The notes below the pieces were generated by a model. That model had not been told where the DNA came from, did no database searches, and saw only the letters and a program-made list of their open reading frames with translations. A stretch of 64,000 nt of DNA from Dudresnaya verticillata (lineage: Eukaryota), in the NCBI GenBank assembly GCA_977862235.1, contig OZ374558.1:2790001-2854000 (forward strand), in the 5' to 3' direction. The position numbers and the translations under genes were made by a program. Below, one piece after another: positions 60,042 through 64,000 of the stretch. How positions within the stretch are numbered: position 1 is the first letter of the stretch; each line of letters starts with the position of its first letter.

Positions 60042-62088
60042 CTTGGACACAGATGATGTCTGCTTGAGTTTTCGGGTCGATCTCGAGAACGACGAACGTG
60101 ATCATCCGGGACAAACTAGGATATCACCTTAGCCTTGAACTGTGCCCGGGTCGTCGGGATGGTATTGGCCTGCACGAGAGTATACAACCAAACCGCAGCT
60201 GTCCCCGTTAGGAAAGTAGAGGCGTACAGAATACTATTGGCTTCCGATAGCGGGATACCCGGATTACTAAACTGCACGAGGGTAAGGTACTGTTCGACCT
60301 TGTATATCCACGTGTTGACGGTGAGGTAGTCGCTGCGCCCATCGAATGATTCGGGCTTGTTGGGCTTCAGGTTGATCTGTGGTGTAGTGAAAACCCACGA
60401 ACTCCGTAACAGACAGCTGGCTTAACTTTCCTACACGGGACGAGAGCGACAGTACCTCCACGGGGTGGTAGAGCAGTTCGCACCAAGAAGGGAGAACAGC
60501 GAGCGGCTAACCGAAATGGATATTGGGAAGCAACAGACAAGGGGGTGGTACAAGTGCCGGGACGGACTCCGTAACGGTGGTGGTGGTAGACAGCAACGGG
60601 CTCGGCGCGGGGAAAACCGTAAGTGAAAGAGGTACAGTGGGATTGAGGCTCAAGGGTTGCTTACCCGTTTCCCTTAGGAGCCGCTGCGGTGCCGCCCTGA
60701 TATACAAGTCAGGGTGGCACCGAGCGGTCCGGTCCGTGGGGGGCAGACCCTAGTGGTCTGGACCCATGGTGGAATCGGCCCTGCTGGTCCCAATCTCCGA
60801 CACGGACATGCGCAGCATTCTCATTGGCTGGCGCGCTACTCTACACACTGTACAGATACGCACTAAAAATAAAGAATAAATACTACAAATACTCCGCTAC
60901 GGTTGGTGCGCTACACTGCTGTACAGCAATGCGTACCAGCGTATAGCAATGCGCACAACATCCGACACGGTTACACGTTGCCAGATCATCAGCGTGGCGT
61001 ATTGCCACATCACCCGTTACGGTTGGTTCGCCGTCGGCGTGCCGCATGCGCGCCACGGCTCACTTCACCACATGATCGACCCCTGAGGTGCAGCCATTGC
61101 GGAAAGACTTGTTCTGAGATCGGGAGGGTGTTGACGATGCTACCACTGAAGCAAGTCTTGTTTTACCTCGCGAATCGATACCCTCTTCCGCCGCCGTCCT
61201 CAAGTGAGCGACGACTGATAAAGAGTCTCGCCTCCCGCCGACCCTCGGCGGGGTCGCTCAGAGCGGCCAAGCAAAGGGGTGAAATCCCCCTGACATAACT
61301 GACATCCTAAAATACCATTAAATCTAAGGCATACGCCAACATCAAATCACTCGCGATCTGGCGCCAAAGACAAAAGCGCGCAATTATAAAGGAAAAGTAC
61401 ATAAGGGGCGCAATACGGAAGCGTTCGTATTGCGCTACACCCCTACCCTGTAGAGCATCCGGACGAAATCGACGCTGGCTGTGGAAAGACTGAAGCAGAC
61501 TGACTGCTGAGGGTGCCAGATTGGCGCTTAGATGCGACACAGTTTTATCTACGTCGCAATAAATCTACTTAGTCTTTATTTACTTTTGCTGCAGTAAACT
61601 ATTTTCTAGTGGATAGGTCGTACATTTAGAGACTAGAGCTAGTCTTTTTGTGAAGATAGAGTTAGTCTTTTATTTAGTAGACTAACGCTGCAAAACTAGC
61701 TCTAAAAGTACGGTTTTACCTGCCGGAGTCTTGGCTAGCAAGCGCTCCGGCAGAGTATAAAGGGCCTCCCTCGCCGGCCAACTCGGCGAGGAAAGGACAC
61801 ACATTATCAACTCAAACCACCACCCCAAAGCCACTATTTGATATTTCCATATTTACCGTCAACCGCTGTACGCATCGTGTGTATTTTTCCCGTTTTTGCT
61901 TACAGCCGCGCCGGTTCTGCCATATTGATCAATTACGCTCTACCGCCGCCGTTCTGCCGCTACGAAGCGTCCTAAGTAAGTTTTTCATTTAATTTTTGCC
62001 TGGGTCTTTGCTCTCGCAAGTGGTAAATTCTCTTTGCTCGATTTGGTGTGCCTGAAGTGCTATAATCCCAAATTAAGTCACTGACGAT

Positions 62089-62691
62089 TTGCCATTTATT
62101 TTTGAACCAATCGCAATTTGGCTTGCAACAGTTCCGACCACAGCCGCCTCGACACCTGTCTTGGCGGCGGGCATCGTTGCCTCCGGCGGTGCGGCCAATC
62201 TACGGGCCCCCGTTGCGACTGTAAGTGCTACCGTTACAGTCCCGGAGTGCAACGAAATTAAAAGTGCCGCCGTGCGCACTATACGGACCAACGCCGTATC
62301 TAAGGGGCTATCTACGTCCCCGACGCCGCCGCCTTCGTCGCACGCACTACCGCCTGTGCCGCGCAAGCCCGCCGTCGCTGCGCCGCGTCCCGCGCATCTA
62401 CAGCGGTTGAACCGGCGCAAGGCGAAAGTCCTGGCCGACAAGATAAATAAGGCCGCCAAGAAAACGCGTCGGGCACCGCGCGCGAAGCGTTTCTGCAAGC
62501 TGTGCAAGATTTCTTGCAACGGGCCGAAACCGTGGCTCGACCATATCGAGTCACGTGCCCATATTCAAGCACGCGATAATCGGCGCGAGCTACCGCGCTG
62601 TAAGCCGTGCCACCGCACATTCGAGTCTCACGGACACCTGTCCCGCCACTTGAACAGTAAGGGCCACCTCGACGTAATTTCGAAACTCTAG
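62089..62691 (+). CDS. Basic protein with two U1/matrin-type (dsRNA-binding-like) C2H2 zinc fingers; no ATG in the frame, start unresolved
   Basis: FCKLCKISCNGPKPWLDHIESRAH and CKPCHRTFESHGHLSRHLNSKGH (C-X2-C-X12-H-X5-H); upstream TATAAAG at 61756 and GTAAGT donor-like site at 61976. Confidence 0.65.
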   Translation: MPFIFEPIAIWLATVPTTAASTPVLAAGIVASGGAANLRAPVATVSATVTVPECNEIKSAAVRTIRTNAVSKGLSTSPTPPPSSHALPPVPRKPAVAAPRPAHLQRLNRRKAKVLADKINKAAKKTRRAPRAKRFCKLCKISCNGPKPWLDHIESRAHIQARDNRRELPRCKPCHRTFESHGHLSRHLNSKGHLDVISKL

Positions 62692-62781
62692 ATTCTTTTG
62701 ATAAAATTTGTTGCTTTCAAAAGAATTGTCTCAACTTAACAAAAGTTTCGAAATATCGTACACGTGCAAACCCGACCTGTA

Positions 62782-64000
62782 ATGGCGGACTCTGAGGATA
62801 CCACCGTGCCACCTCAAGGGCTACCCACCCACGCTAACCAAGGTGCTCCCGTCAGCTCCCCGAACGAGTTGGAGGAAACCGACTCAGAGGCATCTTCCTT
62901 GCATACTACCGTACCGTTTGCAGAAAATATCCGCCTTCACACTGTTGCACAGAAGACTTTTGTGGATGTCATCCGCACGTATCAGGAGTGCAATGTGACT
63001 GGTTCAGACTTCATTGACATGCTTCGAGAAGACTATCCACCTTCTTTACTATTCGATGTTGCTATTGCATGTAATTTTGCTTTGATGAGAAGACTTGCCC
63101 TATTCTTACCAAGTAAGGTGGTGTACCGTATGCTCCACATGAGTCGGGATATGTTCTCAACCGGTTAGCTGTATCAATCTATGAAGGTCCCTATCTTGCT
63201 TCAGCGTACCGTCATATCAGGAGCATGGGTTTGTCTCTCGGCAGTATCAACAGATCTGATTCGAGTATCGGTTCGTCATCTCGCGACTCTGTTCCCAGAA
63301 GTCATGGCAGTAAATCTGAACGCCCGGAACGACACCTAGCACTAAAAACTGAGGATGGTAACGAAGACTCGGATCAGCCATCTGGTGCTACTATAGGTGC
63401 TCGGTCACCGGCTCACAACATGGCCGTTCGCTTCAAGGATGATTCCAAGAAGTTCTCTGGTGCTTTAGGAGAATTCTGGAAGGAATACTTGGAGGACTAT
63501 GTTGATGCCGCTACTGACTACGAGTTGACCGAAAAACAGAAGCTGCAGTATCTTCCCAATATCCTTAAGGCTAGTGCTAAAAGGTACTTTAACCGCAAAG
63601 TTAAGCACTCAGCTCACTCCTTCACAGCTGCAGATGATATGATGGAAGCGTATTTCAATTCCATTTCTCGACAGCATCGTATCGAGAATCATCTCAATAT
63701 GCTCCGCATCGAGAAGTTCGTTTCAGGGACAGTTAACCTCAGTGATGCATTGGAGAAAGTCGATGAGCAGATCTCAACGCTCGCTCCACAAGGCCCAATG
63801 CACTGTCGTGCTGAAGCTAACATGGTCGTCTACCTTCGTCGAGCAGTCATTGGACACTCGTGGGCTAAGGAACCAATCAGCCGTGCTTCAGCTGAAAGGC
63901 TGACTTACCAAGAGTTCTTCTCTCAACTCGAATCGGCTATTCAGCAGAACAGAGAGGAGAAATCCCATAGGGCTCAGATGAATCCCCGCAGCCGTTTTAT
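62782..64000 (+). mobile_element. LTR-retrotransposon gag-like ORF (probably Copia-type), frameshift near 63115, runs off the window end; downstream frame missing from the ORF track
   Basis: Frame open from 63117 to 64000: KKFSGALGEFWKEYLEDY..LTEKQKLQYLPNILKASAKRYF..YLRRAVIGHSWAKEPI, a capsid-like FSG/W/AK.Y pattern. Confidence 0.7.

Larger units (their letters stand above)
57810..60390 (-). mobile_element. Third Gypsy family: gag-protease remnant interrupted by two solo LTRs
   Basis: Removing both inserts restores KPNKPESFDG..TWIYKVEQYL, KLKQTSSVSK|YLSDFRN, GPTPMEIGN..CFTFHRVGCHPWK|H, then protease ILKDDGCNTNVVS..YDVLLGMP. Confidence 0.88.

Noticed and set aside
60400..60974. 5' LTR of the minus-strand gag remnant (TGTAACCG at 60974)
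   Set aside because: LTR-like composition, but the inner boundary, PBS and partner LTR could not be identified.

Overview
Eukaryotic, transposon-dense, gene-poor window. The intronless host genes and the retroelement types suggest a red alga (inference). Host genes: two near-identical iron permease FTR1 copies (5393-6865 on -, 24752-26218 on +) on a ~3.5-kb inverted duplication, each with ~4 extra C-terminal transmembrane segments and a mirrored ~180-bp upstream block; and a membrane-anchored SAM methyltransferase fused to a GT32-like domain that lacks the DXD motif (40701-42113). Mobile DNA: a Ty3/Gypsy chromodomain LTR retrotransposon with both LTRs (8706-19459, -, 837-bp LTRs, AACTC target-site duplication [TSD]) lacking RNase H/integrase; the 3' half of a second, divergent chromodomain Gypsy element (~51513-57800, +); three solo LTRs with 5-bp TSDs; a decayed Helitron RepHel; a Sola-like DDE transposase pseudogene; and several gag/RT/integrase remnants. 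The strongest finding is that both chromodomain Gypsy elements carry a large ORF antisense to gag-pol, between the chromodomain and the polypurine tract (PPT). The two proteins are colinear homologues over ~200 aa in a domain I cannot assign, which points to a conserved accessory gene. All identities and family assignments were made by eye; no database searches were run.
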